A DNA stretch of 64,000 nt from an uncultured Aliarcobacter sp. (GTDB taxonomy: Bacteria; Campylobacterota; Campylobacteria; Campylobacterales; Arcobacteraceae). Position numbers and translations under genes: made by a program. This document shows, in pieces, positions 18,900 through 29,547 of the stretch (positions are counted from its first letter, which is position 1; every line of letters starts with the position of its first letter). The notes beneath the pieces were generated by a model, which saw only the letters and a program-made list of their open reading frames with translations, had not been told where the DNA came from and searched no databases. The DNA is taken from assembly GCA_963677435.1 (NCBI GenBank), contig OY781945.1, positions 160,001 to 224,000 on the forward strand. The letters run 5' to 3'.

Positions 18900-20114
18900 G
18901 TGTTCCAAGAATTTGAATTTGAAAGAATGAAAAGACTTCCAAACTATGTGTTTGCAGAAGTTAACAATATTAAAATGGAAGCTAGACGAGCAGGGGAAGA
19001 TGTAATTGATTTCTCAATGGGAAATCCTGATGGTCCAGCACCACAACATATTACTGATAAATTAATTGAAGCAGCTAACAAACCAAAAAATCATGGTTAT
19101 AGTGCAAGTGCTGGGATTTATAAATTAAGACTAGCAATTTGTAATTGGTATAAAAGAAAATATAATGTTGATTATTTAGACCCAAATAAACACGCATGTG
19201 CAACAATGGGTTCAAAAGAGGGATATGTTCACTTAGTTCAAGCAATTGTAAATGTAGGAGATGTGGCTGTTGTTCCAGATCCAACATATCCAATTCACTC
19301 ATATGCATTTATGTTAAATGGGGCAGCTGTTCATAAGTTTGAATTAGGATTTGATGATACATTTAAAGTTGATGAAGATCTTTTCTTTGAAAGATTACAA
19401 AAAACAATTGATGAGTCAATTCCAAAAGTAAAATTTGTAGTTGTTAACTTCCCACATAATCCTACATGTGCTACTGTTACACCTGAGTTTTATACTAAAT
19501 TAGTTGCAATGGCAAAAAGAGAAAGATTCTATATTATCTCTGATATTGCTTATGCAGATATTACATTTGATGGATATAGAACTCCTTCTATTTTTGAAGC
19601 AGAAGGTGCACTTGATGTTGCAGTTGAATGTTTTACATTAAGTAAATCATACAATATGGCAGGATGGAGAGTTGGTTGTATTGTTGGAAATGAAAGACTA
19701 ATTGGTGCTTTAAAAAGAATCAAATCATGGCTTGATTATGGTATGTTTACACCAATTCAAATTGCTGCAACTGTAGCACTTGATGGTCCACAAGATTGTG
19801 TTGATGAGCATGTTGAGAAATATAGAAAAAGAAGAGATTTAATGCTTGAAACATTTGCAGAAGCAGGGTGGAAAATGAATAAACCTAATGCTTCAATGTT
19901 TATTTGGGCAAAAATTCCAGAATGTGCGGCACATTTAGGAAGTATGGAATTCTCTAAACAATTATTGACAGAAGCTCATGTAGCTGTAAGTCCTGGTATT
20001 GGATTTGGTCATTATGGTGACCAATATGTAAGAATTGCGCTAATTGAAAATGAAAAAAGAATTAGACAAGCTGCAAAAAATATAAAGAAATATTTAAAAT
20101 CATTAGAAAAATAG
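18900..20114 (+). CDS. PLP class I aminotransferase (LL-DAP aminotransferase/AlaC-like)
   Basis: RLPNYVF, MGNPD, GSKEG, NFPHNPT, DIAY, SKSYNMAGWRVG; upstream of hom. Confidence 0.9.
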   Translation: MFQEFEFERMKRLPNYVFAEVNNIKMEARRAGEDVIDFSMGNPDGPAPQHITDKLIEAANKPKNHGYSASAGIYKLRLAICNWYKRKYNVDYLDPNKHACATMGSKEGYVHLVQAIVNVGDVAVVPDPTYPIHSYAFMLNGAAVHKFELGFDDTFKVDEDLFFERLQKTIDESIPKVKFVVVNFPHNPTCATVTPEFYTKLVAMAKRERFYIISDIAYADITFDGYRTPSIFEAEGALDVAVECFTLSKSYNMAGWRVGCIVGNERLIGALKRIKSWLDYGMFTPIQIAATVALDGPQDCVDEHVEKYRKRRDLMLETFAEAGWKMNKPNASMFIWAKIPECAAHLGSMEFSKQLLTEAHVAVSPGIGFGHYGDQYVRIALIENEKRIRQAAKNIKKYLKSLEK

Positions 20115-20123
20115 GAATTAGTT

Positions 20124-21386
20124 ATGTTAAGAGTTGGAATTATTGGAGTTGGTACAGTTGGAGCTAGCGTTGCAAATATTTTAAGAGATAATAAAAATAT
20201 TATAACCGCAAGAGCTGGAAAAGAGATTGTACCCGTACTTGGAGTAGTTTCAAACTTACATAAAGCTAGAAATGTTGATATAAAATTAACTGATGATATT
20301 GATGATGTTTTAAATGATGATTCAATTGATGTTGTTGTTGAGTTAATGGGTGGAATTGATAAGCCAAATGAGATTGTTAGAAAAGCTTTATTAAAAGGTA
20401 AAGCAGTGGTTACTGCTAATAAAGCTCTTTTAGCCTATCACCGATATGAACTGCAAGAACTAGCTGGTGATATTCCCTTTGAATTTGAAGCAGCAGTTGC
20501 TGGTGGAATTCCAATAATCAATGCTCTAAGAGATGGATTAAGTGCAAATCATATTAAATCTATTCAAGGTATTATGAATGGAACTTGTAACTATATGCTA
20601 ACACGAATGATAAATGATGGTGTTGATTATTTAGAAATATTAAAAGAAGCACAAGAATTAGGTTATGCAGAAGCTGATCCAACTTTTGATGTTGGTGGAT
20701 TTGATGCTGCACATAAACTTTTAATTCTTGGATCTATCGCTTATGGAATTGATGTAAAACCTGAAGATATTTTAATAGAGGGAATTCAAAATATTACAAG
20801 TGCAGATATTGCGTTTGCTAAAGAGTTTGAATTTTCAATTAAATTATTAGGAATTGCAAAAAAAGTAGGAAATGAAGTTGAATTAAGAGTTCATCCTGTT
20901 TTAATTCCTGAAGATAAAATGATTGCAAAAGTAGATGGAGTTATGAATGGAATCTCTGTAATTGGAGATAAAGTTGGAGAAACTATGTTTTATGGAGCAG
21001 GAGCAGGTGGTGATGCAACAGCATCAGCAGTTGTTGCTAATCTAATTGACATTGCAAGAAAAGGGAAAGGTTCTCCAATGCTTGGTTTTGAAAATCAACC
21101 AGGTGAAAAAATAACTTTAATGTCAAAAGATAATATCAAAACAAAATATTATTTAAGACTTCTAGTTGCTGATAAATCAGGGACTTTAGCAAAAATTGCA
21201 ACTATCTTAGGTGAAAATTCAATTTCAATTGAAGCAATGATGCAAAAACCATTAAAAAATGGAAGTGCAAATTTACTTCTTACAACACATACATCAATTG
21301 AAAGAGATATTTTAAAAGCTATAAATGAGTTAGAAAATTCAGGCGTAGTTTTATGTAAACCAGCAATGATTAGGATTGAAGAGTAG
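20124..21386 (+). CDS. hom: Homoserine dehydrogenase with ACT domain
   Basis: GVGTVG, VVTANKA, FEAAVAGGIP, NGTCNY, GYAEADP. Confidence 0.96.
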   Translation: MLRVGIIGVGTVGASVANILRDNKNIITARAGKEIVPVLGVVSNLHKARNVDIKLTDDIDDVLNDDSIDVVVELMGGIDKPNEIVRKALLKGKAVVTANKALLAYHRYELQELAGDIPFEFEAAVAGGIPIINALRDGLSANHIKSIQGIMNGTCNYMLTRMINDGVDYLEILKEAQELGYAEADPTFDVGGFDAAHKLLILGSIAYGIDVKPEDILIEGIQNITSADIAFAKEFEFSIKLLGIAKKVGNEVELRVHPVLIPEDKMIAKVDGVMNGISVIGDKVGETMFYGAGAGGDATASAVVANLIDIARKGKGSPMLGFENQPGEKITLMSKDNIKTKYYLRLLVADKSGTLAKIATILGENSISIEAMMQKPLKNGSANLLLTTHTSIERDILKAINELENSGVVLCKPAMIRIEE

Positions 21387-21400
21387 TAATCTACTCTTCA
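21377..21400 (+). terminator. Hairpin at the end of hom
   Basis: TGAAGAGTAG-TAAT-CTACTCTTCA; no U tail. Confidence 0.45.
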
Positions 21401-21404
21401 CAAA

Positions 21405-22763
21405 TTGAAAACTAACTCACAAAACCTAACCACTGAAAATATTCCAGTATTAATAAGACAATTAGCAATTCCTGCTAGTGTTGGAATGTTTTTTAATACA
21501 ATGTATAATGTTGTTGATACATTTTATGCAGGACTCATTTCAACCCAAGCAATATCTGCATTAACCCTATCTTTTATGATTTTTTTCTTAATTATTGGTT
21601 TTGGATATGGTTTTAGTTCAGCAATAACAGCACTTCTTGGAAATGCTCTTGGTAAAAAAAGATATAAATTAGCTTCAATTTATGCCCACAAAGGGCTTAT
21701 ATTTGTGCCAGTAATTGGGATAATTTTAACTATTCTTGGATATTTTGCTTCACCTTATCTTTTTATGCTTTTAGGGGCAAAAGATGAATATCTACAAATC
21801 TCTCTTGATTATATAAATACTATTTTATTTGGTTCTGTGTTTTTTATGTTTAACTTCTCTTTAAACTCAATATTGGTGGCCACTGGAGATACAAAATCTT
21901 ACAGAAATAGTTTAATATTTGGTTTTTTTGCAAATATAGTTTTAAATCCTATATTTATTTATGGCTTTTTATTTATTCCAGCACTTGGAATAAAAGGTCT
22001 TGCCCTTGCCACTGTTTTAATTCAAGTTGTAAATATGTTTTATCTGCTTTATAAAGTATTACAAACAAAACTTGTTAACTTTCAAAAGCTTGAATATTTT
22101 ATGCCAAACCTAAGAGTATATAAACTATTTATCACTCAAGGATTGCCAGCAAGTCTAAATATGCTTACAATGTCTATTGGTTCACTAATTCTTACTTATT
22201 TTGTCTCTCACTATGGCGTACAAGCTGTTGCAGGATATGGAATTGGGTATAGAGTAGAACAACTTATGCTTTTACCTGCACTTGGACTAAATACAGCGGT
22301 TTTAACCCTTGTATCAAATAACTTTGGGGCAAAAAAATATGATAGAGTTATTGAAACTTTAAAAGTCTCAATAAAGTATGGATTTATAATCTCAACAGTT
22401 GGAATAATATCTCTTACAATTTTAGGCAGATTCATAATCTCTTTATTTGATTCAAATCCTGTTGTTGTTGATTTTGGAGTGCATTATTTACTTGTTGAGA
22501 TTTGGATATTTTATGCTTATGTTGTTTTATTCATTTGTGTATCTACTCTTCAAGCAATAAAACAACCTAAAATGCTTTTATATATAGGACTTTATAGACA
22601 AATTTTTGCAAAACTTATTATTGCTTATTTCATTGTAAAATATTTCGAACTTGATTTTATCTATTTATGGTTTGGGATTTTATTTATGATTTATAGTGCT
22701 GCTATTTTTGCATATTTTTATACAAATGGCTTATTAAAAAAGATTTGTAACAAAAGTTTATAA
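21405..22763 (+). CDS. MATE efflux transporter
   Basis: LAIPAS..YNVVDTFY, GDTK, LNPIFI, NFGAK; about 12 TMs. Confidence 0.92.
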   Translation: MKTNSQNLTTENIPVLIRQLAIPASVGMFFNTMYNVVDTFYAGLISTQAISALTLSFMIFFLIIGFGYGFSSAITALLGNALGKKRYKLASIYAHKGLIFVPVIGIILTILGYFASPYLFMLLGAKDEYLQISLDYINTILFGSVFFMFNFSLNSILVATGDTKSYRNSLIFGFFANIVLNPIFIYGFLFIPALGIKGLALATVLIQVVNMFYLLYKVLQTKLVNFQKLEYFMPNLRVYKLFITQGLPASLNMLTMSIGSLILTYFVSHYGVQAVAGYGIGYRVEQLMLLPALGLNTAVLTLVSNNFGAKKYDRVIETLKVSIKYGFIISTVGIISLTILGRFIISLFDSNPVVVDFGVHYLLVEIWIFYAYVVLFICVSTLQAIKQPKMLLYIGLYRQIFAKLIIAYFIVKYFELDFIYLWFGILFMIYSAAIFAYFYTNGLLKKICNKSL

Positions 22764-22790
22764 AAAGAAGCCTTTAAAAGGCCTCTTAAT
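22764..22790. terminator. Probable bidirectional terminator between convergent genes
   Basis: AAGAAGCCTTT...AAAGGCCTCTT imperfect inverted repeat. Confidence 0.5.
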
Positions 22791-22792
22791 TA

Positions 22793-23128
22793 TTATTTAG
22801 ATCCACATTTTCCAGTTCCACAAGAACCACTTTTAGATTCGTCTTTCATGTGTTTTTTTGTATCTTTCATATCATTATTCATTTTTGACATATCATTTTT
22901 CATATCGCCACCACATTTTCCTGTACCACAAGAACCACTTTTTGTTTCAGCTTTCATATTAGCTCCACATTTACCAGTTCCACAAGAAGCACCTTTTTTA
23001 TCCATCATCTCTTTTTTCATATCACCACCACATTTACCAGTTGCAGTTGAACTATCAGCCGCAAATGCAGATGTTGTTGCAAGTAATGCACCTAAAAATA
23101 AGCCAGCTAATTTTGTTTTCATATTCAT
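22793..23128 (-). CDS. Exported Cys/Met-rich GKCG-repeat peptide (HvfA-like RiPP precursor / metal-binding)
   Basis: Signal peptide ending AFA; SCGTGKCG x3 plus TGKCG; Met/Lys/Asp-rich spacers. Confidence 0.8.
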   Translation of the reverse strand: MNMKTKLAGLFLGALLATTSAFAADSSTATGKCGGDMKKEMMDKKGASCGTGKCGANMKAETKSGSCGTGKCGGDMKNDMSKMNNDMKDTKKHMKDESKSGSCGTGKCGSK

Positions 23129-23177
23129 TTTATATCCTTGATTTTAATTTGATTAGTGTAAGTATAATCTAAAATTA

Positions 23178-23756
23178 TTACTTTTCTACCGCTTCCACAT
23201 CTACAGCAATTTTAACTTCTTCAGCAACTGCAACACCACCTAGTTCTAAAGCTTTGTTCCATTTTAAATCATAATCCATTCTATTGATTTTTCCTTTTAA
23301 AGAAAAACCAACTCTTTTATTTCCTTGGAAATCTTTTACTGTTCCTAGATCTTCAACATTGAATACTACTGGTTTTGTTATACCTCTAATTGTTAAATCT
23401 CCACTCATTTTCCCATCAGTTCCATCTGCTTTATAAGATTTCATAACAAATGTCATTTTGGGAAATTTTTCGCTTAAAAAGAAGTCTTCACTTTTTAAGT
23501 GAGCATCTCTTTTTTCAATTCCTGTATCCACAGATGCTGTATCAACATTTGCGCTAAATTCTTTAAATGTTTTAGTTGCTTCATCAAAATCAACTTTTGC
23601 ATCAAATGTTTTGAATTCTCCTTTTACATTTGTAATCATTAAATGTTTAACCGAAAAGCCAACTGTTGTGTGAGCATCATCAATACTATATTCAGATGCA
23701 TTTGCTAAGCCAAAACTTAAAATTAAAGCACTAGCTATTTTTGCGATAGATTTCAT
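23178..23756 (-). CDS. YceI-family periplasmic protein
   Basis: Signal peptide; HTTVGFSVKHLM, RDAHLKSEDFF, GDLTIRGITK. Confidence 0.93.
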   Translation of the reverse strand: MKSIAKIASALILSFGLANASEYSIDDAHTTVGFSVKHLMITNVKGEFKTFDAKVDFDEATKTFKEFSANVDTASVDTGIEKRDAHLKSEDFFLSEKFPKMTFVMKSYKADGTDGKMSGDLTIRGITKPVVFNVEDLGTVKDFQGNKRVGFSLKGKINRMDYDLKWNKALELGGVAVAEEVKIAVDVEAVEK

Positions 23757-23761
23757 AATTA

Positions 23762-26700
23762 TTATCCTTTTTTGAAGATATTGAATTTTATATTTTTTTT
23801 GTTTATTAAATGTGTAGGCTTAATATTTATTATATAAAAAATTGCTGGAATAATAATCAATGTTAAGAAAGTTGATGTAACCATTCCTCCAATCATTGGA
23901 GCTGCAATTCTTTGCATAACTTCACTTCCAACACCATGAATATACATAATAGGGATTAATCCTCCTAAAATTGTAAATAATGTCATAAGCTTTGGTCTAA
24001 GCCTTAATACTGCACCTTTATAAATAGCTGTTGAAATTTCTTTATTTGAACAATTTGTGCAATTTTGTTTTAGTTCTATCATTGCTTCATGTAAATATAC
24101 AAGCATTACAATTGATGTCTCTGAAGCAACTCCTAGTAGGGCTAGGAATCCAACAATTACTGCAATTGAAATATTAAAGTTAAGATAATCTAAATAAAAT
24201 ATTCCTCCTGTTAATGCAAAGGGAAGGGTGAAAAATATAATTAATGTATATGTCATATTTTTCAATGCTAAATATATTAGTATAAATATAATCATCAAAG
24301 TTAAAGGAATAATATAAAGCAATTTTTTCATTGCAGATTCTAAATATTCACTTTGTCCTGCCCATTCAAAATAGTAACCATCTGGTAACTCAATATTTTT
24401 TAGCAATTCCTTTGCTTCATCTTTATATTGTTTAGTTGAAACACCATCATTTGGTGTTATATAGATAAAGTTTACATTTAAAGCCTTTTCAGATTTAATA
24501 ACAGATGGTCCCTCTTCATATTTTAAATTAGCAAATAATCTTAATGGCTGAAAACCTAATTTAGTTTTAATTTGAAGATTATTCAAAGTTGTTAAATCTT
24601 CCCTTTGATTTGATTCAAATCTAAGACTTATTGGATATCTTTCTAACTTATCAAAGAAAGTTGATATTTGTGTTCCGCCAACTCCTAAAGAGATAGTTTC
24701 TAATATATCATTTTTACTAATTCCATATCTTGAAATCATCTCCTCATTAATATCAATATTTAAATAATATCCTGAGTTAATTTTGTCAGAAGATACAGAT
24801 AAAGTTCCCTTATATTTTCTTAACTCTTTTTCAATTTTTGTAGCTGTTTCTTCCAACACTTTATGATCATTTCCATAAAGTTTTATTCCAAGAGGAGTTC
24901 TAATACCTGTTAAAAGCATATCAATTCTACCTCTAATTGGATATGTCCATGAATTAATTAGCCCATTAACTTGAAGTTTTTTATCCATTTCATCCATTAG
25001 TTTTTTATATGTCATTCCCTCTCTCCACTGATCTTGTGGTTTGAAAGTTACTATTGTTTCAATCATCGCAAGTGGTGCCGGATCCGTTGCTGTTTGTGCT
25101 CGTCCAACTTTTGCAAAAGCTGTTTGCACTTCTGGGAATGATTTTAAAACCATATTTGTTTTCTGTGCTAACTCTTTTGCTAAATCAATTCCTATTCCAT
25201 AAGGAGTTACAGGCATGTACATAAAAGTTTGTTCATTCATCATAGGCATAAATTCCCAGTTTTGTTTTTCATAAACTGTAAATGCAAAAACTACAGTTGC
25301 TATATAAATGGCTACTATTAAATATCTAAATTTCAATGCTGCTTTTAATAAAGGAGAATAAATATTAATAAAAAACTTGTTTAATATATTTCTATCTTCT
25401 GCCATAATTTTTCCACGAATTAAAAAAACCATTAAAATAGGAACTATTGTTATTGATAAAATTGCTCCCGTCATCATCGCAAAAGATTTTGTAAATGCAA
25501 GTGGAGTAAACAATCGTCCTTCTTGTCCAGTTAGAGCAAAAATTGGTAAAAATGAAACCACAACTAATATTAAAGCAAAAAAGATTGGGCGACCTACTTG
25601 TTTCGCTGATTTTATTATTATTGCAGTTCTCTCTTCATTTGAAATATTCTCTTTTCCTTGCAGATATTTGTGGGCATTTTCAACCATAACAATTGTGGCA
25701 TCAACCATTGCTCCAATGGCTATTGCAATTCCTCCCAAACTCATAATATTTGAGCCTATTCCAAAAAGCTTCATCAATAAAAAGCTAATTAATACAGTTA
25801 TTGGAAGAGTTATGATTATTATCAAAGCTGATCTAAAATGAAATAAAAATAGTCCGGAAATAATGGCTACTATAATTGATTCTTCTACTAAAGTATGTTT
25901 TAAAGTATCAATTGCTTTATCTATTAGTGATGTTCTATCATAAACTTCTACAACTTCAACATCAGGTATTTGCAAAGTTTTTAATTTCTCTTTTACTGCT
26001 TTTATTACAGCATAAGGATTCTCACCATATCTAACAACAACGATTCCGCCAACTGTTTCTCCTTCACCATTTAAATCAACCATCCCTCTTCTTGGTGTTG
26101 ATGTAATTTTTATATCTGATATATCTTTTATTTTTAATGGTATATTGTTTAATGTTTTAATTGTAATATTTTCAATATCATCTATAGATTTTAAGTAACC
26201 ACGAGCGGTAATGATATTCTCATAACCTTTTTCTAAAATTATTCCTCCACCTAAATCATTATTATTTGCTTGAATAATCTTTTTTATATCATCTATACCT
26301 AAATCATATTGTACTAATTTATCTTGATTTAAAGTAATCTCATAATTTTTAATATATCCGCCAATAGAGGCTATCTCACTAACTCCATCTACTCCTAAAA
26401 GGGCATATTTGTAATAATAATCTTGTAGAGTTCGCAACTGCTCTAAACTTTTTGTTTTTGATTTTAGTGCATATTCATAAGCCCAACCAACACCCGTTGC
26501 ATCTGGTCCTAATTGAACAGTTGCACCTGTTGGAAAAGTACCTTGTAGTGTTGAAAGTTGCTCTAAAACTCTACTTCTTGAATCATAAATATCTGTTCCA
26601 TCTTTGAAAATAATATATATCATTGCATTTGAAAAAGAGCTCATTGCTCTAACTGTTTGAATATTTGGCAAACTCATCAGATTTGAGATTAGTGGATATG

Positions 26701-26896
26701 ATATTTGCTCTTCGATTGTTTTAGGACTTTGCCCATTCCATTCAACTTGAACTATAACTTGAGGAGGAGATAAGTCGGGTAGGGCATCTAAATTTGTATT
26801 TTTAACTGCCCAAAATGATGATATTGTTAATATTCCTACGAAAAAGAGTACTAAAAATTTATTTCTTATACTATATGCAATTATACTTTCTACCAT
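23762..26896 (-). CDS. cusA: CusA/CzcA heavy-metal RND permease
   Basis: DALPDLS, GPDATGVG, AIGAMVDA, RLRPKLMT; ATG 26896 is the likely start. Confidence 0.93.
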   Translation of the reverse strand: MVESIIAYSIRNKFLVLFFVGILTISSFWAVKNTNLDALPDLSPPQVIVQVEWNGQSPKTIEEQISYPLISNLMSLPNIQTVRAMSSFSNAMIYIIFKDGTDIYDSRSRVLEQLSTLQGTFPTGATVQLGPDATGVGWAYEYALKSKTKSLEQLRTLQDYYYKYALLGVDGVSEIASIGGYIKNYEITLNQDKLVQYDLGIDDIKKIIQANNNDLGGGIILEKGYENIITARGYLKSIDDIENITIKTLNNIPLKIKDISDIKITSTPRRGMVDLNGEGETVGGIVVVRYGENPYAVIKAVKEKLKTLQIPDVEVVEVYDRTSLIDKAIDTLKHTLVEESIIVAIISGLFLFHFRSALIIIITLPITVLISFLLMKLFGIGSNIMSLGGIAIAIGAMVDATIVMVENAHKYLQGKENISNEERTAIIIKSAKQVGRPIFFALILVVVSFLPIFALTGQEGRLFTPLAFTKSFAMMTGAILSITIVPILMVFLIRGKIMAEDRNILNKFFINIYSPLLKAALKFRYLIVAIYIATVVFAFTVYEKQNWEFMPMMNEQTFMYMPVTPYGIGIDLAKELAQKTNMVLKSFPEVQTAFAKVGRAQTATDPAPLAMIETIVTFKPQDQWREGMTYKKLMDEMDKKLQVNGLINSWTYPIRGRIDMLLTGIRTPLGIKLYGNDHKVLEETATKIEKELRKYKGTLSVSSDKINSGYYLNIDINEEMISRYGISKNDILETISLGVGGTQISTFFDKLERYPISLRFESNQREDLTTLNNLQIKTKLGFQPLRLFANLKYEEGPSVIKSEKALNVNFIYITPNDGVSTKQYKDEAKELLKNIELPDGYYFEWAGQSEYLESAMKKLLYIIPLTLMIIFILIYLALKNMTYTLIIFFTLPFALTGGIFYLDYLNFNISIAVIVGFLALLGVASETSIVMLVYLHEAMIELKQNCTNCSNKEISTAIYKGAVLRLRPKLMTLFTILGGLIPIMYIHGVGSEVMQRIAAPMIGGMVTSTFLTLIIIPAIFYIINIKPTHLINKKNIKFNIFKKG

Positions 26897-26901
26897 AACT
26901 A

Positions 26902-27906
26902 TTACCAATCCTCATCATCAGATTGATACAATGAATTTGTAACAGCATCTGAATCTAAGAGAAACAGTGCATTATTAATTACTTCATCATTTTCTTCTAA
27001 ACCACTTAATATCTCATACTTATTTGAAGATATTCTTTTAGCCTTTATTTTCATAGGTTCAAACTCTCCATTTTCTAGAGGTTTAAATACATAAAAATCA
27101 TTTGCTTTTTTAAGTACTGCTGTTTTTGGTAAAGTTAACATTACATCTTTTTTCACACTAATATCAGCTTTTCCAAACATGCTAGGAATTAGTTTTAAAT
27201 CTTTATTATCTAAAACAAATCTAACATCAACTGTTTTAGTTTTTTCATCAAAAATAGGATAAACAAAATCAACTTTTGAACTAATCTTTTCATCTATTCC
27301 ATCAATACTTATAATTGCATCTTTTTGTTTTTTTACATATTCCAAATCACTTTGATAAACAGATGCTATAAACCAGATTTTGTCCAAAGAAGCTAACTGT
27401 AAAAGTAATTTCCCTTTATTTACTGCACTTGTTTGATTTATACTTTTTTCTATTAACAATCCATTTATTGGTGAACTTACAGTTATACCAGTTGAGTTGA
27501 TTTTTCCCTCTTTTATTCTTTGTTGCTCAGCTTTTGAAATATCTAAATTATCTAATTTTGATAAGGTACTTTTATATATGTTAGTATTTAAACCTTTTGC
27601 AATTTCTAACTCATTTTGAATAGATAAAATATCTTGTGAATAAATAGAGTATAAAGGTTCCCCTTTTTTTATTGTCATATATTTGTTATTTGCATTTAAT
27701 TTTGTAATAAATCCATCAAATCTACTTACAATATCAGTTAAAGAAGATTCATCTATCTTTGTAAGCCCATAGAAGCTCTTATTAATTGAGATTTCTTCTT
27801 TTTTTACCTTAGTTGTTGTTTTATTAAATAATTGCTTTGCGTCTATTATTTGTGCTTGTACAAATGCACTAAAAAGTAGGGTGCATATAACTATATTTTT
27901 AATCAT
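26902..27906 (-). CDS. CusB-like RND periplasmic adaptor
   Basis: RFDGFITKL, KGEPLYSIYS, NALFLLDSD. Confidence 0.9.
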   Translation of the reverse strand: MIKNIVICTLLFSAFVQAQIIDAKQLFNKTTTKVKKEEISINKSFYGLTKIDESSLTDIVSRFDGFITKLNANNKYMTIKKGEPLYSIYSQDILSIQNELEIAKGLNTNIYKSTLSKLDNLDISKAEQQRIKEGKINSTGITVSSPINGLLIEKSINQTSAVNKGKLLLQLASLDKIWFIASVYQSDLEYVKKQKDAIISIDGIDEKISSKVDFVYPIFDEKTKTVDVRFVLDNKDLKLIPSMFGKADISVKKDVMLTLPKTAVLKKANDFYVFKPLENGEFEPMKIKAKRISSNKYEILSGLEENDEVINNALFLLDSDAVTNSLYQSDDEDW

Positions 27907-29102
27907 TTTATACCTTTATTTGTAAAATATAGAAGTTGTGAATAATTCTCATAATATTTTTGCAATTCATCTAAAGCTTTTGTTTCATAAGAAATTAACT
28001 CATTTAAATTTGAAATACTCTCTTGTGGTTTTATTAATTCAAAACTATTATAGTTTTCAATATTTTTCTGAATTTTTTGTTTTAATGGAATTATCTCTTG
28101 TTGAATTAATTTATAATTTTCATATGAATTATTCAAACTATTTTTTAGCATTTGAGTTTGAAGTAGGAAATTATGTTTTAATTGCTCCAACTTGTCATTT
28201 GTTTCATTTGCATCCATTTTTGCTTGTAATTTAGCCGTATTTTCCGTATTATAAATAGGAAGAGGAATACTAACAGCCACATTTACATAATCATTGAATT
28301 TATCATCTCTTTGAAAATATGCAAGACTCACTTGAACATCAGGTATTTTCTTTGCACTTTCAAATTTAGCAATTTCATTTGATTTTTTTGCACTCTCTTC
28401 TAAAACTTTAAATTTTGGATGTTCGGGATTATCTAATAACAAATCAATTTTTTTTATATCTATTTTTTCATCTATATGATCAATTTTTAAAAATGTGATT
28501 TGCTCTAATTTCAAATAAAAATTATCAATCAAATTTTTTAGTTTTTGTTTTTCTAAGTTAATATTTAAAGATGATATTTGTGAATTTAATATCTCGTTTT
28601 GTGTAGCTTTTTGGTATTTATATAAAGAAGTATATAAACTTTCTAACTTTTTTACATTCTGCTCATAAGAATCTAAAAGTTTATATTTTTCTTCTGATAT
28701 TAAAATATCATAGGCATATTCATATATCTTTGACTCTAATTCAAGTTTTTTATCTTCTAAATCTTCTATCTTAATATTTTTATCATTTTTTGCAATAGAT
28801 TCTTTTATGTCAAGTTTAGATGCTGTTGGTATAACCTGTGAAATTCCTACAAAAGAGGCTTGCATTGCCTCTTTGTTTCTTGAAGATAAATCATTTATCC
28901 ATAAATCATTTAGACCAAATGATAATATTGGATTTTGCCAATTTTTTGACAAAGATATTTGATGATTTGCAATATTAATTGATTTTTCTAAACTTTTCAA
29001 GTCATAATTATTTTCAAAACTATTTTTTACCAATTCATCTATTGTTGTTGCACTTAAAAGTGAGATAGCTAGCGATGAGCTTAGTAATATTCTTTTTAAC
29101 AT
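27903..29102 (-). CDS. TolC-family outer-membrane factor (CrdB-like)
   Basis: Signal peptide, SIPLPIY, helical repeats; within the RND operon. Confidence 0.85.
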   Translation of the reverse strand: MLKRILLSSSLAISLLSATTIDELVKNSFENNYDLKSLEKSINIANHQISLSKNWQNPILSFGLNDLWINDLSSRNKEAMQASFVGISQVIPTASKLDIKESIAKNDKNIKIEDLEDKKLELESKIYEYAYDILISEEKYKLLDSYEQNVKKLESLYTSLYKYQKATQNEILNSQISSLNINLEKQKLKNLIDNFYLKLEQITFLKIDHIDEKIDIKKIDLLLDNPEHPKFKVLEESAKKSNEIAKFESAKKIPDVQVSLAYFQRDDKFNDYVNVAVSIPLPIYNTENTAKLQAKMDANETNDKLEQLKHNFLLQTQMLKNSLNNSYENYKLIQQEIIPLKQKIQKNIENYNSFELIKPQESISNLNELISYETKALDELQKYYENYSQLLYFTNKGIK

Positions 29103-29485
29103 TATAAGTTTACACTACCTTTTACTATGTGAACAACACCATCATCAGTCTTAAATTTTAATTGATATTGCCATGTTCCACTCATCGGAAGATTTATATT
29201 CATTTTAAATTTTCCATCAGTTAAAACACCATTATCTTCTGATTCCATATATGGCATTCCTGGCATTTCAGGCATAAAGAATTTTGCTTTTACTTTTGCT
29301 GTATCAATCACTTTTGAATCTTTTAATAACTCAACAAACAACTCATTATTTCCAACTATTAATGAATTTGATGAACTTAATTTCACATCATAGCCATCTT
29401 TTTGTCCATTTTGCTCTAAAAGTTCCGCATGTAAAAACCCAAATGTAAGGAAAAGTCCTAAAACTATTTTGATAAAATTTTTCAT
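29102..29485 (-). CDS. crdA: CrdA/YtkA(FixH)-like periplasmic copper-binding protein
   Basis: Signal peptide, MPEMPGMPYM, LPMSGTW; first gene of the TolC-CusB-CusA operon, as in Helicobacter crdAB-czcBA. Confidence 0.75.
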   Translation of the reverse strand: MKNFIKIVLGLFLTFGFLHAELLEQNGQKDGYDVKLSSSNSLIVGNNELFVELLKDSKVIDTAKVKAKFFMPEMPGMPYMESEDNGVLTDGKFKMNINLPMSGTWQYQLKFKTDDGVVHIVKGSVNL

Positions 29486-29527
29486 ATATACTCCAATGTA
29501 ATAAATTGCTTGTATTTTATTTATTTT

Positions 29528-29546
29528 GTGTGGAGTTAGTGTGCAG
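29528..29546 (-). promoter_or_regulatory. Candidate response-regulator (CrdR-like) direct repeat
   Basis: Minus strand CTGCACAC-N3-CTCCACAC (11-bp period) upstream of a TAAAAT -10. Confidence 0.5.
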
Positions 29547-29547
29547 A

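Noticed and set aside
22804..23045. CRISPR-like spaced DNA repeats
   Set aside because: The repeats are degenerate at third codon positions, irregularly spaced and encode GKCG peptide motifs; no cas genes
22848..23141. Plus-strand 97-aa ORF
   Set aside because: Antisense shadow of the GKCG peptide gene
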